64,000 bases of DNA from NCBI GenBank assembly GCA_950097015.1, contig CATNEN010000024.1, positions 1,054,001 to 1,118,000 on the forward strand, given 5' to 3'. Positions 11,501-23,968 of this stretch are shown here, one piece after another. This DNA comes from Macrostomum hystrix (lineage: Eukaryota > Animalia > Platyhelminthes). Position numbers and translations under genes: made by a program. The notes beneath the pieces are model-generated. The model saw only the letters and a list, made by a program, of their open reading frames with translations, searched no databases and had not been told where the DNA came from. Numbering within the stretch: position 1 is the first letter of the stretch; the number at the start of each line of letters is the position of its first letter.

Positions 11501-14500
11501 TTTGCGCCCGGGGGACTGGGTCCTGAGCCGCTACAAGACCGACTCAGACTGGTGCCGGGCCATTGTTGACCGGCTGATCTCCGGGCAGTGCGACTTGAAC
11601 TTTCCAGACTACGGCAGTTCGGTTAGCAATGTGCCTGTTGAGTCTTTGTTACAGATTCCTCCAGGCCTGTGCCAGATGCGGCCGTTGGCTCACCGAATTC
11701 GACTAGACGGTGTTAGGCCGAGGCGCAACAATCCGAATGACGGCCCGGCCGATCAGTGGAGCTCCGCGGCAATACTGGCTCTGCAAAAAATTCTCCTAAC
11801 TGACAAGTGCTTGTCTGGCGATATAATAGTGCGGGTTGTGTCCAATCAGCCGCGTGAGGTCCTGGTTGATTTGTTGATTCGCACCATACTGCACGACTGC
11901 GACCTGCGCTACTTGTCTGTGCGAGAGATGCTCATCTTTGCTGAGTTGGCCTGCTACACTATTCCATATCTGCACAATAGGGAGGCTAGCAATGAGTTGG
12001 TGGATGCGCAGGCACCTAGGCTGTTTATGCGGCCGGCCAGTGTCATTAAAGGTCATCGCTTTTTTGGCAACGTTTCCGCCTACTATTCGCCATACGAGTT
12101 CTACGTGTTCCGCTGTAATAAAGGCGCCGATACAGATGTATTTATTAATATGCATGACAAGCTTCAGGTAAGCTGCCTTTTTATTTGTAACTTGCAACTT
12201 TAAAACCCCTTCTGGGAGCACAAGCACAAATTCTCGGTGCAATCAATCCCCACATTTAGCAAGCTATAATAACAATTTACGCTGATATTTCCTTAGGGCA
12301 ATGAGCTCATTACACGAATACCATCACAAATGTCCCCCCAGCAATGGAGATCCAATGTCCCCCGCTAACAGAATAGAACCAATGCCCACCCAGCAACAGA
12401 GAACAATGTCCCCCAGCAGCAGAAAACCAATGTCCCCCCTAACAGAATAGAACCAATGCCCACCCAGCAACAGAGAACAATGTCCCCCAGCAACAAAGAA
12501 CAATGTCCCCCAGCAGCAGTAAACCAATGTCCCCCCTAACAGAATAGAACTTATGCCTACCCAGCAACAGAGAACAATGTCCCTCAGCAGCAGAGATCCA
12601 ATGTCCCCCCCAAACAGAATAGAATCAATGCCCACCCAGCAACAGAGAACAATGTCCCCCAGCAACAGAGAACCAATGTCCCCCCAAACAGAATAGAATC
12701 AATGCCCACCCAGCAACAGAGAACAATGTCCCCCAGCAACAGAGAACAATGTCCCCCAGCAGCAGTAAACCAATGTCCCCCCTAACAGAATAGAACTTAT
12801 GCCTACCCAGCAACAGAGAACAATGTCCCCCAGGAATAGAGATCCAATGTCCCCCCTACCCAAGAGAAAAAATCGACAGGAGGGGAGAGAGAAGAGACAC
12901 GTGAGAAATCAGACAGAGGAAGAGATAAAACCATGGAGAGATTAGAAATTATATAAGACAAGTTAGAGATTAGACATGGGAAGGCGTTGGAGCTCGGAAG
13001 TGTTTTGTATTATTTAATAGTAGGTAGCCATTTATTAGTACTATAAATATTGCTTTTCTTCAGACCTTCTGCATCGGCGATAGCAATGGCGACTACACTG
13101 TGAAGCACCCGGTGTCAAATCTGCCAGTTGCGGCCAGGTACTCAGTTGACGGTAATTGGTATCGCGGAATTATCGAGTCCTACTCACCAGACGGTGTTCA
13201 CATATTATTCACCGACTATGGCAACAGGGAGGTGCACAAGGACGCCAGTTGCATCAAGTATCTGACTAAGCGATTTTATCAGCCGCATTCCATGTGCTTT
13301 AGATGCAGCATGTTCGGAGTTGCTGCCACTGATGATGTCACGCCTAGGACAAAGTGAGTGGTTGCTATGCTGCCAACAGCCCTAATCTTACCAAGAACAG
13401 CCATGTTATTAAATTCTGGTATCTGACACCGCCAACCATCCCAGATCCCCAGTTTGACACCGCCAACCATCCCAGATCCCCAGTTTGACACCGCCAACCA
13501 TCCCAGATCCCCAGTTTGACACCGCCAACCATCCCAGATCCCCAGTTTGACACCGCCAACCATCCCAGATCCCCAGTTTGACACCGCCAACCATCCCAGA
13601 TCCCCAGTTTGACACCGCCAACCATCCCAGATCCCCAGTTTGACACCGCCAACCATCCCAGATCCCCAGTTTGACACCGCCAACCATCCCAGATCCCCAG
13701 TTTGACACCAAACTATCCCAGATCCCCAGTTTGACCTTCCAACCATCCCAGATCCCCAGTTTGACCTTCCAACCATCCCAGATCCCCAGTTTGACCTTCC
13801 AACCATCCCAGATCCCCAGTTTGACACCATCCCAGATCCCCAGTTTGACACCATCCCAGATCCCCAGTTTGACACCATCCCAGATCCCCAGTTTGACCTT
13901 CCAACCATCCCAGATCCCCAGTTTGACACCATCCCAGATCCCCAGTTTGACACCATCCCAGATCCCCAGTTTGACACCATCCCAGATCCCCAGTTTGACC
14001 TTCCAACCATCCCAGATCCCCAGTTTGACCTTCCAACCATCCCAGATCCCCAGTTTGACCTTCCAACCATCCCAGATCCCCAGTTTGACCTTCCAACCAT
14101 CCCAGATCCCCAGTTTGACCTTCCAACCATCCCAGATCCCCAGTTTGACCTTCCAACCATCCCAGATCCCCAGTTTGACCTTCCAACCATCCCAGATCCC
14201 CAGTTTGACCTTCCAACCATCCCAGATCCCCAGTTTGACACCATCCCAGATCCCCAGTTTGACACCATCCCAGATCCCCAGTTTGACACCATCCCAGATC
14301 CCCAGTTTGACCTTCCAACCATCCCAGATCCCCAGTTTGACCTTCCAACCATCCCAGATCCCCAGTTTGACCTTCCAACCATCCCAGATCCCCAGTTTGA
14401 CACCATCCCAGATCCCCAGTTTGACACCATCCCAGATCCTTAGTTTGACACCATCCCAGATCCCCAGTTTGACACCATCCCAGATCCCCAGTTTGACACC

Positions 14501-17500
14501 ATCCCAGATCCCCAGTTTGACACCATCCCAGATCCTTAGTTTGACACCATCCCAGATCCCCAGTTTGACACCATCCCAGATCCCCAGTTTGACACCATCC
14601 CAGATCCCCAGTTTGACACCATCCCAGATCCCCAGTTTGACACCATCCCAGATCCCCAGTTTGACACCATCCCAGATCCTTAGTTTGACACCATCCCAGA
14701 TCCCCAGTTTGACACCATCCCAGATCCTTAGTTTGACACCATCCCAGATCCCCAGTTTGACACCATCCCAGATCCCCAGTTTGACACCATCCCAGATCCT
14801 TAGTTTGACACCATCCCAGATCCCCAGTTTGACACCATCCCAGATCCTTAGTTTGACACCATCCCAGATCCCCAGTTTGACACCATCCCAGATCCCCAGT
14901 TTGACACCGCCACCCATCCCAGATCCCCATTTTGACCTTCCAACCATCCAAAGATCCCCAGTTTGACCTTCCAACCATCCAAAGATCCCCAGTTTGACCT
15001 TCCAACCATCCAAAGATCCCCAGTTTGACCTTCCAACCATCCCAGATCCCCAGTTTGACACCAAACTATCCCAGATCCCCAGTTTGACTTTCCAACCATC
15101 CCAGATCTCCAGTTTGACACCAAACTATCCCAGATCCCCAGTTTGACCTTCCAACCATCCCAGATCCCCAGTTTGACACCATCCCAGATCCCCAGTTTGA
15201 CACCATCCCAGATCCCCAGTTTGACACCATCCCAGATCCCCAGTTTGACACCGCCACCCATCCCAGATCCCCAGTTTGACCTTCCAACCATCTAAAGATC
15301 CCCAGTTTGACCTTCCAACCATCCAAAGATCCCCAGTTTGACCTTCCAACCATCCAAAGATCCCTAGTTTGACCTTCCAACCATCCCAGATCCCCAGTTT
15401 GACACCAAACTATCCCAGATCCCCAGTTTGACCTTCCAACCATCTAAAGATCCCCAGTTTGACCTTCCAACCATCCAAAGATCCCCAGTTTGACCTTCCA
15501 ACCATCCAAAGATCCCCAGTTTGACCTTCCAACCATCCCAGATCCCCAGTTTGACACCAAACTATCCCAGATCCCCAGTTTGACTTTCCAACCATCCCAG
15601 ATCTCCAGTTTGACACCAAACTATCCCAGATCCCCAGTTTGACACCAAACTATCCCAGATCCCCAGTTTGACACCAAACTATCCCAGATCCCCAGTTTGA
15701 CCTGCCAACCATCCCAGATTCCTAGTGTTTCTCCTCAACCTCCGTGGGCTAAATTAGTCCCCTGTCTGCAAATGCAGGTCGCGGCACAAACAGCTGCAGG
15801 ACATGCTCCACAATGCCGAAGGGTTCCTATTTCTTTGCATGGACACGCCGACAGTCGCATCTAATGTAGCTAACACAGCTGGCGACAGCAACAGCAACAT
15901 TAGCGTCCTGACTGTGCCAGTTGGCGTCTACCACACTAATTCTCCCATCTGTGTGAATATTCGCCTGTATGACGACGGAGTCTATCCGGACATGCCAACC
16001 GAGGCGCTGGTCCGTCTGGTGAAGGAGTCGCCGCACCAACAGCAGCCAATCAGATCGCGCTACGTCCGTTTAGACGTTCGCACAGGCGAAGTTGCTGTAC
16101 AGCCGCGCGGCCAGCCTTCGGTTCGCGGCGGAGCTCGGGCTAAAGCTGCTCTGCAGGCGGCCGCCAACTCGTCCGACTCAGAGTCTCGCTCGGACACGCC
16201 AGGGCCACCCGGCTGCGAGCCAGCTGCCGCGGCGACGCCAGCTTCTTCGTGTACACCTTCGGATGCTGAACAGCGAGATGATTGCAAACTATTGGAGCCC
16301 TGGCTAGCTAGAGCCCTATTGTCCAAGGAGTTGGATTTTGCCACTTGCACCGTAACTAGCGTTGTTAATCCCGGACTGTTCTACATCAGACTCGAAAACG
16401 ATATTGGCCGTCTGGCAGCTGTTCAACTTGAGAAGCGATTGGAGTCTTTCACTCCGCGACGCGAAGGTCAGCTGCTTCAACCGTTGTCACCTGATGCTCC
16501 GCCTGACACTGTAGCCTGCATTCGACTGCCTAACCTAGTGTGGTATCGGTGCCGAGTGCTCAAACGAAACAGAGACAGCGACAACGGATTGGAGATCTGC
16601 AACCTGCTGCTCATTGACTCCGGGTAAGAGACCAACTGGTGGGAATTCTTTAGCCCAATCTGATGTAAGATTCCATAGCCACAGTATGAAGGGTAAGATT
16701 CCATAGCCACAGTCTGAAGAGTGAGATTCCATAGCCACAGTCTGAAGGGTGAGATTCCATAGCCACAGTCTGAAGAGTGAGATTCCATAGCCACAGTCTG
16801 AAGGGTGAGATTCCATAGCCACAGTCTGAAGAGTGAGATTCCATAGCCACAGTCTGAAGGGTAAGATTCCATAGCCACAGTCTGAAGGGTAAGATTCCAT
16901 AGCCACAGTATGAAGGGTGAGATTCCATAGCCACAGTCTGAAGGGTGAGATTCCATAGCCACAGTCTGAAGGGTGAGATTCCATAGCCACAGTCTGAAGG
17001 GTAAGATTCCATAGCCACAGTCTGAAGGGTAAGATTCCATAGCCACAGCCTGAAGGGTAAGATTCCATAGCCACAGTCTGAAGGGTGAGATTCCATTGCA
17101 ATTTTGTTATTAGTGATGAAATTAGAATTTATGAATCAAAGACATCCTCGCGTCATTCAGCACAGAGTACAAGGCCGCGGCCAGCAGCGTGTTTGCCATC
17201 GACGATCAACAGCTGGCCGCTGCGGCACCGCTGGCCGCTCCGTGCCGACTCTACGGCGTGGCACCAGCCGGCGGGCAGCGATGGACCCGCACTGCGGCCG
17301 ACAAGATGATAGAGATCATTTCTAAGCGCGAGAATTTCGCAGTCATGTGTACCCTGGTCCCAGCCCACTCCTCCGATGCCTCGGCCGGCGCCGATGCTGT
17401 TGACCTACTGTTGCTCAACAGCTCCAACCAGTACGACCGTTTGAGCAACATGCTCCGACTAGCTGGTGTCGCGCTGCGCCACGCTGAGCCAGTCCCACCC

Positions 17501-20500
17501 GAAGCGGCTTATCAGAGCCTGTTGGACGTTCTGCGAAGAAAGTTTCTCGAGCGTCGGGCTGAGAACCTGCGTCAGAGGAATCCTGAATCGGCTGTCGCCG
17601 CCACTCCTGACTCCGCCTCCTCAACGGCTGCCAATTCAAACTCGCCTACTGCTTCCACAGCTGCCAATGTTGCAGACTCAAAGCCGTTTTCTGCTTCCGC
17701 AGCTGCCAATGTTGCAGACTCAAAGCCGTTTTCTGCTTCCGCAGCTGCCAATGTTGCAGACTCAAAGCCGTTTTCTGCTTCCGCAGCTGCCAATGTTGCA
17801 GACTCAAAGCCGTTTTCTGCTTCCGCAGCTGCCAATGTTGCAGACTCAAAGCCGTTTTCTGCTTCCGCGGCTGCACCTAAATATGACGCTAGCTCAGTGT
17901 CCCAAGTAAGATCATCGTGAAATATCTCATGTAGCTCATATATAAAGCACTGTAGTTCTTTAATTAATTACCTACTACCATTTCCTAGTGTGAAATTAAT
18001 TACAAGTATATTGCTATTATTTGAACATTGATCAGTTCTTAGTCTCGTTAGGAATTATTTGCTAATTAATCATTTTTAACTGGATTCTATAGAACTTATT
18101 CTACTTATAAGTGAACGGTTAATTTGAGTCGGGACCCTAAACTGAGTTTATTTATATTTCAATCAGCGCTTCGTTCATATTTTTCGAACTATTCTATTTT
18201 GTTATTTTAGTTATTTGCCAATCCGGCCACTCTAATTTACTTTTTTCTTATTTCGGTGAATCCAAACTATATTATTATTATATAAGCTAGTTTTTTTCTA
18301 GTGATTTCCCCTTTTTGCTAATAATATACTGCATTAGCTGCAGCTTTGCTAACTATTCATTGTACCTAGTTTATTAATTGTCCTCAACTAACAATTTAGC
18401 CTTTACTTATTATTGATTTTCCTTTTAATTGTAAGGTAATTTCACTTTAGGAAATTTTTCCCGTGTTGGCAAGGGTAATAAACATTCTCTCGCTTCTTGA
18501 TTGAAATTTCAGATCACCGGCCAAGCGATGCAGTTGACACTCCAAGTCGATGCCGACGATGATTACAACCTGAACGAAGAATTCTTATTGAAGCCAGATG
18601 GCGATGATGACGATTGGGTGCTTGGTGATCATTCGCCTGTCTCAGCAACCGCAGCCGCTGCAGCTGCAGCCGCTTCTGTCGACACCAAAGCGCCGCGTGA
18701 CATCACACCGTCCACCAGTTTTGAAAGCATTGGCGCAGCCGATCTGGTCAGCAGCGTTGAAGAGGCTCGTAAGCCGGATGCGTCCACGGTGCCAAAGAGG
18801 GGCGCCTCCGCTCTCGCCAACCTGCCTGCTGTGCAGCCTGCGGCGGAGGACTTTCGTTGGCCCAACATTCGCGTCGGCCCTCTCAGCGAGCCAATCCACG
18901 CCACCCTGAGTCGCTTAGATTGCTCAGAGAGTAAAATGATTCTTTACGTTATGGAAACTAATAAAGCGAGTCTGCTTAATAAGCTGCGAAATGCCATGCA
19001 GTTTTATTCTAGCGTGTCCCACTATCAGTACGACTTTGACTCGCATTTTAGCAGCTGGCAAAACAGGTGAGACACCGTTCTGTTCTAGACCATACCCTAA
19101 TGTACAGTTCTACCTTCTAAACCAACGTAAACACTCGCCTCTTCTCAGTCCCGACGTCCACCCCAATGTACACTCGCCTCTTCTCAGTCCCGACGTCCAC
19201 CCCAATGTACACTCGCCTCTTCTCAGTCCCGACGTCCACTCCAATGTACACTCGCCTCTTCTCAGTCCTGCCCTCCACTCCAATGTACACTCGCCTCTTT
19301 TCAGTCCTGCCCTCCACTCCAATGTACACTCGCCTCTTTTCAGTCATGACCTCCACTCCAATGTACACTCGCCTTTTCTCAGACCCGACGTCCACTCCAA
19401 TGTACACTCGCCTCTTTTCAGTCATGACCTCCACTCCAATGTACACTCGCCTTTTCTCAGTCACGACCTCCACTCCAATGTAAACTCGCCTTTTCTCGTC
19501 CCGAACCTCCACCCCAATGTACACTCGCCTTTTCTCGTCCCGAACCTCCACCCCAATGTACACTCGCATCTTCTCAGTCCCGACTTCCAGCCAATGTATG
19601 AGTACATTCGCCACTCTATCAGTTCCGGCTTGCACCCCAATTAATGTACATTCGCCACTCTATCAGTTCCGGCTTGCACCCCAATTAATGTACATTCGCC
19701 ACTCGATCAGTTCCGACTTGCACCCCAATTAATGTACATTCGCCACTCTATCAGTTCCGACTTGCACCCCAATTAATGTACGCGGCCCCTCTATCAATTC
19801 TCCTTCCCGAATCGCCCTAATGTACTCATCACAATTCCCTGCACTCATAACCCCAGCAACTGCACCGCCACAGTGAATAATCCTATTTTATCTTCAGGTC
19901 CGTTGTATTCGAAGTAAATCAAGTTTGGCACCGCGGCATCGTAATGAAGTTCTCATTTGAGCAAGGTCTTTTCTACCTGAAGGATATTGACACAGGCGAT
20001 TCTTACGTTGTCAGTCGCAGCCAAATCAAGCCCGTGTTCACTCTGAGCCAGGATTGCACTCTATCGCAGCAGATCAATATAATCAATACAACTCCGCCAT
20101 TGGCCCTGCCTGTGCAATTGTGGGACCTGTATCCGATAGATCCCGATAATGTCAATAGTCACACATTTCGCGATTGGAGCCGCTACCGAATGACAATCAG
20201 CCAGTTGCTGGGTCATTGCGCGCATCTGCGAGTGTTTGTAGTGCGTCAGGCCTACTGTGTAGCCACTAGGGAGCTGGTGTTGGCTGCCACTGTTCTGCTG
20301 CCCAAAGGCGATGAACTCGGCGAAACACTGATTAACGGACTAAATTGGATCGATCAGTTCGATCAGCCGTTTAAAAAAATTGCCTACAGGTCAGTTGGAT
20401 CTGCTTTTGATGGCTATAAACTGAAATTTAATCAGTTTATCGAACTGTTGTGCATCTTTAGACGCACTGAATTATATGCTACGAGCCGTATATCTGTACT

Positions 20501-23053
20501 GTAAGCTATAATAAGCTGTACAAATGTAAAAAGCTTGTGCTAATCCATAAACTTTACAATGGACTAAAAGCTGGTGCTAATCCATAAACTGTACAATCGG
20601 CTAAAAGCTTGTGCTAATCCATAAACTGTACAATCGGCTAAAAGCTTGTGCTAATCCATAAACTGTACAATCGACTAAAAGCTGGTGCTAATCCATAAAC
20701 TGTACAATCGACTAAAAGCTGGCGCTAATCCATAAACTGTACAATCGACTAAAAGCTTGTGCTAATCCATAAACTGTACAATCGACTAAAAGCTTGTGCT
20801 AATCCATAAACTGTACAATCGACTAAAAGCTGGCGCTAATCCATAAACTGTACAATCGACTAAAAGCTTGTGCTAATCCATAAACTGTACAATCGACTAA
20901 AAGCTTGTGCTAATCCATAAACTGTACAATTGGCTAAAAGCTTGTGCTAATCCATAAACTGTACAATCGGCTAAAGGCGCTAAACCATAAACTGTACAAT
21001 CGACTAAAGGCGCTAAACCATAAACTGTACAATCGACTAAAGGCGCTAAACCATAAACTGTACAATCGACTAAAGGCGCTAAACCATAAACTGTACAAAC
21101 TTCAAACCGTACAAATCATAAATCATAAGCCGTAACACCAGCATTCGAAAGCCCCTTGTCCCCCAATCGCAGATATGACCTCCTGGATGCCGACAGGCCA
21201 TTCACACCCCTGCCAATGAAGCAGAAAACTTATCCATTTATTGGCCTACCGCCGGACTCTGCCGAGCCCTGCCCGGTTGCAGTGACCGACATACTCGACC
21301 TGCCGTCGATTGTGTCTCTGCGACTGCTGTGCTACCGAGATTTAAGTCAGGACCAACGACAGGCAAGTGTCTGGCGCCAGAAGGTTAATAACGCATACGA
21401 AAGCATCACCTGGGGCGAACTGTACAGACTGCTGCAGTCTGAGGCGCCTAAGCAGCCACCTGTACCTGATGTGAGTATACTAATTGTTCTTAACAGAAGC
21501 GAAAATTCTACCAATTCTCATTCACCCAACCTCATGCTAATTCACCCAACCTCATCCTTATTCACCCAACCTCATCCTCATTCACCCAACCTCATCCTCA
21601 TTCACCCAACCTCATCTCCATTTACCTGACTTCATCCCCATTCACCCAACCTCATCCTCATTCACCCAACCTCATCTCCATTCAACCGACCCCATCCTCA
21701 TTCACCCAACCTTGTCCCCATTCACCAACCTTGTCCCAATTCACCCGACCTCATCCCCATTCACCCAACCTCATCCTCATTCACCCAACCTGATCCTCAT
21801 TCACCCAACCTCATCCTCATTCACCCAATCTCATCCTTATTCACCCAACCTCATCCTCATTCACCCAACCTCATCTCCATTCACCCGACCCCATCCTCAT
21901 TCACCCAACCTTGTCCTAATTCACCCGACCTCATCCCCATTCACCCAACCTCATCCTCATTCACCCAACCTGATCCCCATTCACCCAACCTCATCCTCAT
22001 TCACCCAACCTCGTCCTAATTCACCCAACCTGATCCCCATTCACCCAACCTCATCCTCATTCACCCAACCTCATCCTCATTCACCCAACCTGATCCTCAT
22101 TCACCCGACCTCATTCCCATTCACCCAACCTCGTCCTAATTCACCCGACCTCATTCCCATTCACCCAACCTGATCCTCATTCACCCAACCTCATCCTCAT
22201 TCACCCAACCTCGTCCTAATTCACCCGACCTCATCCCCATTCACCCAACCTCATCCTTATTCACCCAACCTCATCCTCATTCACCCGACCTCATTCCCAT
22301 TCGCCCAACCTCATCCTAATTCACCCGACCTCATTCCCATTCACCCAACCTGATCCTCATTCACCCAACCTCATCCTCATTCACCCAACCTCATCCTCAT
22401 TCACCCGACCTCATCCTCATTTTATTACACGGTTCGTCGACGCGCATCTCATTGATCCAAACGCATGCCCACTTACCCAACCGCACCAAAGTAGATCCCC
22501 CACTCTCCAATCCTCACTGCAGACGTTGGAAATTCCTTACGCTTGCGTTGCCCGCTACTCGGAGGACCAGAAATGGTACCGGGCCGAGCTGATTTACATC
22601 AAGAATTACCCGGATGGGCGCCATAAAGTGCTGGTGCTGTTTGTTGATTATGGCAATACGGAGTGGATAGACTTCGACTCTAACACCAAAAATGTTATTC
22701 GAGAGCAGCTATTCGTAGATTTTCCCTGCCTCTCATTCCGCTGCCGACTGCAAGGTTTGGTGCGCAATGACGACTTAGAAATCGACCAATTATCCACCAA
22801 AGGCCTGTCCGATCGGCTAATCCAGTGCCTCAGCGATGCAGCTGAGCCTGGCGACGCCGGTCAGGAGCAGCGCCTGTGGCTCAGTATCCGTCGTCGGCAT
22901 CAGGACGGCGTGCGCCCAAATGATGTTATACTATATAGCGACTTAGAGTTGACTAAATCGGCAAACGAGCTGCTAGTGTCCAGCGGCCTGATGCAGCACC
23001 GGCGGGACTACCCCAGCGATGACATATATATCAACGGCTTCGAGCTGGCCTAA
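8591..23053 (+). CDS. B-box/coiled-coil/multi-Tudor protein (Qin/Kumo/RNF17-TDRD4-like), about 1880 aa; exons 8591-8630 (tentative), 9833-9936, 10033-10343, 10736-12167, 13064-13353, 15778-16623, 17161-17905, 18513-19066, 19898-20389, 21173-21470, 22523-23053
   Basis: All junctions GT-AG and phase-compatible. Two Cys/His B-box-like clusters (CFSC..CIQC..FCRNC; C..GH..FCLDC..LCSKC..H..H), coiled coil, five extended Tudor cores (DWCRA..FPDYG; NWYRG..FTDYGN; VWYRC..IDSG; VWHRG..DIDTG; KWYRA..FVDYGN). First exon is only inferred. Confidence 0.85.
10351..10690. repeat. Intronic tandem repeats (46-bp unit, then shorter GTCCATAC-type units)
   Basis: TCTCCCCAGCATATATTGTCTTCTCTTCCCTGTCTATGCTGTCCAC x about 3.5, followed by GTCCATACTGTCTATT-like units. 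Confidence 0.85.
12328..12856. repeat. Intronic composite minisatellite (AATGTCCCCCAGCAACAGAGAAC core)
   Basis: Core repeated with alternating AACAGAATAGAA variants. Confidence 0.88.
13424..15720. repeat. 2.3-kb intronic minisatellite, 24/30/31-bp variant units
   Basis: CATCCCAGATCCCCAGTTTGAC + AC / CTTCCAAC / ACCGCCAAC variants arranged in blocks. Confidence 0.95.
16665..17095. repeat. Intronic 28-bp minisatellite
   Basis: GATTCCATAGCCACAGTCTGAAGGGT(A/G)A x about 15. Confidence 0.93.
17650..17870 (+). repeat. Coding 42-bp tandem repeat ([14 protein letters not shown] x about 5)
   Basis: Near-perfect GCTGCCAATGTTGCAGACTCAAAGCCGTTTTCTGCTTCCGCA units inside exon 17161-17905. Confidence 0.9.
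19128..19785. repeat. Intronic minisatellite, 39-bp units grading into related 44-bp units
   Basis: AATGTACACTCGCCTCTTCTCAGTCCCGACGTCCACCCC, then AATGTACATTCGCCACTCTATCAGTTCCGGCTTGCACCCCAATT. Confidence 0.9.
20530..21090. repeat. Intronic minisatellite, 37-bp units grading into 33-bp units
   Basis: ATAAACTGTACAATCGACTAAAAGCTTGTGCTAATCC, then CATAAACTGTACAATCGACTAAAGGCGCTAAAC. Confidence 0.92.
21515..22420. repeat. Intronic 20-bp minisatellite
   Basis: ATTCACCCAACCTCATCCTC and variants, about 45 copies. Confidence 0.92.
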
Positions 23054-23254
23054 GCTAAATTCGTTTTAAGCAGAACCGCTGCCTTTGGAATGTTTCTGTT
23101 TTATGTCTTTATGCCTAACTTTTTGTCGTTTGTCTCCTGCTTTCATGTGTAGTTTTATTAACAAGACCGTTGCATTATAGACTAAGTATTTCTTGCATTT
23201 CATTTACTTTTCAGTGTCGATTTACTAAAATTAATTTCCGCCATATTTTTTAGC

Positions 23255-23660
23255 TGAGGTTGCCACTTTTCCCGCCATATTTGTCCTGGGCAGTGAGGTT
23301 GCCACTTTTCCCGCCATATTTGTCCTGGGCAGTGAGGATGCCACTTTTCCCCGCCATATTTGTCCTGGGCAGTGAGGATGCCACTTTTCCCCGCCATATT
23401 TGTCCTGGGCAGTGAGGATGCCACTTTTCCCGCCATATTTGTCCTGGGCAGTGAGGATGCCACTTTCCCCGCCATATTTGTCCTGGGCAGTGGGGATGCC
23501 ACTTTTCCCGCCATATTTGTCCTGGGCAGTGAGGATGCCACTTTTCCCGCCATATTTGTCCTGGGCAGTGAGGTTGCCACTTTTCCCGCCATATTTGTCC
23601 TGGGCAGTGAGGATGCCACTTTTCCCGCCATATTTGTCCTGGGCAGTGAGGTTGCCACTT
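23255..23660. repeat. 39-bp tandem repeat between Tudor and aquaporin 3' ends
   Basis: GAGGATGCCACTTTTCCCGCCATATTTGTCCTGGGCAGT x about 10. Confidence 0.92.
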
Positions 23661-23968
23661 TTGTTTGTTTGTTTTTGTGTTTTTGTGTCTATGGTGTTTG
23701 CAACAGTTTTATATATTCGTTTAATTCATCATTTCAGTTAAACTTTTCAGAAATATTTAAAAATAAATTAGAAGGCTTTTTACCGTTTGCTATTTCTGTG
23801 ACGTTTCCTGTGGCGTATGCTTTAATAAGTTCTCTTATCTATTTAAGTTGGACAAAAGCGTTAGCTTTATGAGCACATTTATTGTTTTGCCGTTCAAGTG
23901 AGCATACTGTTAGTATAATATCTGTTGATAGTCATGGCAATACAATCGCAACGCTGCTGGTCATGCAA

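Noticed and set aside
13279-15619. Long repetitive ORFs on both strands ([24 protein letters not shown])
   Set aside because: Products of an intronic minisatellite; flanking Tudor exons splice across it in phase.
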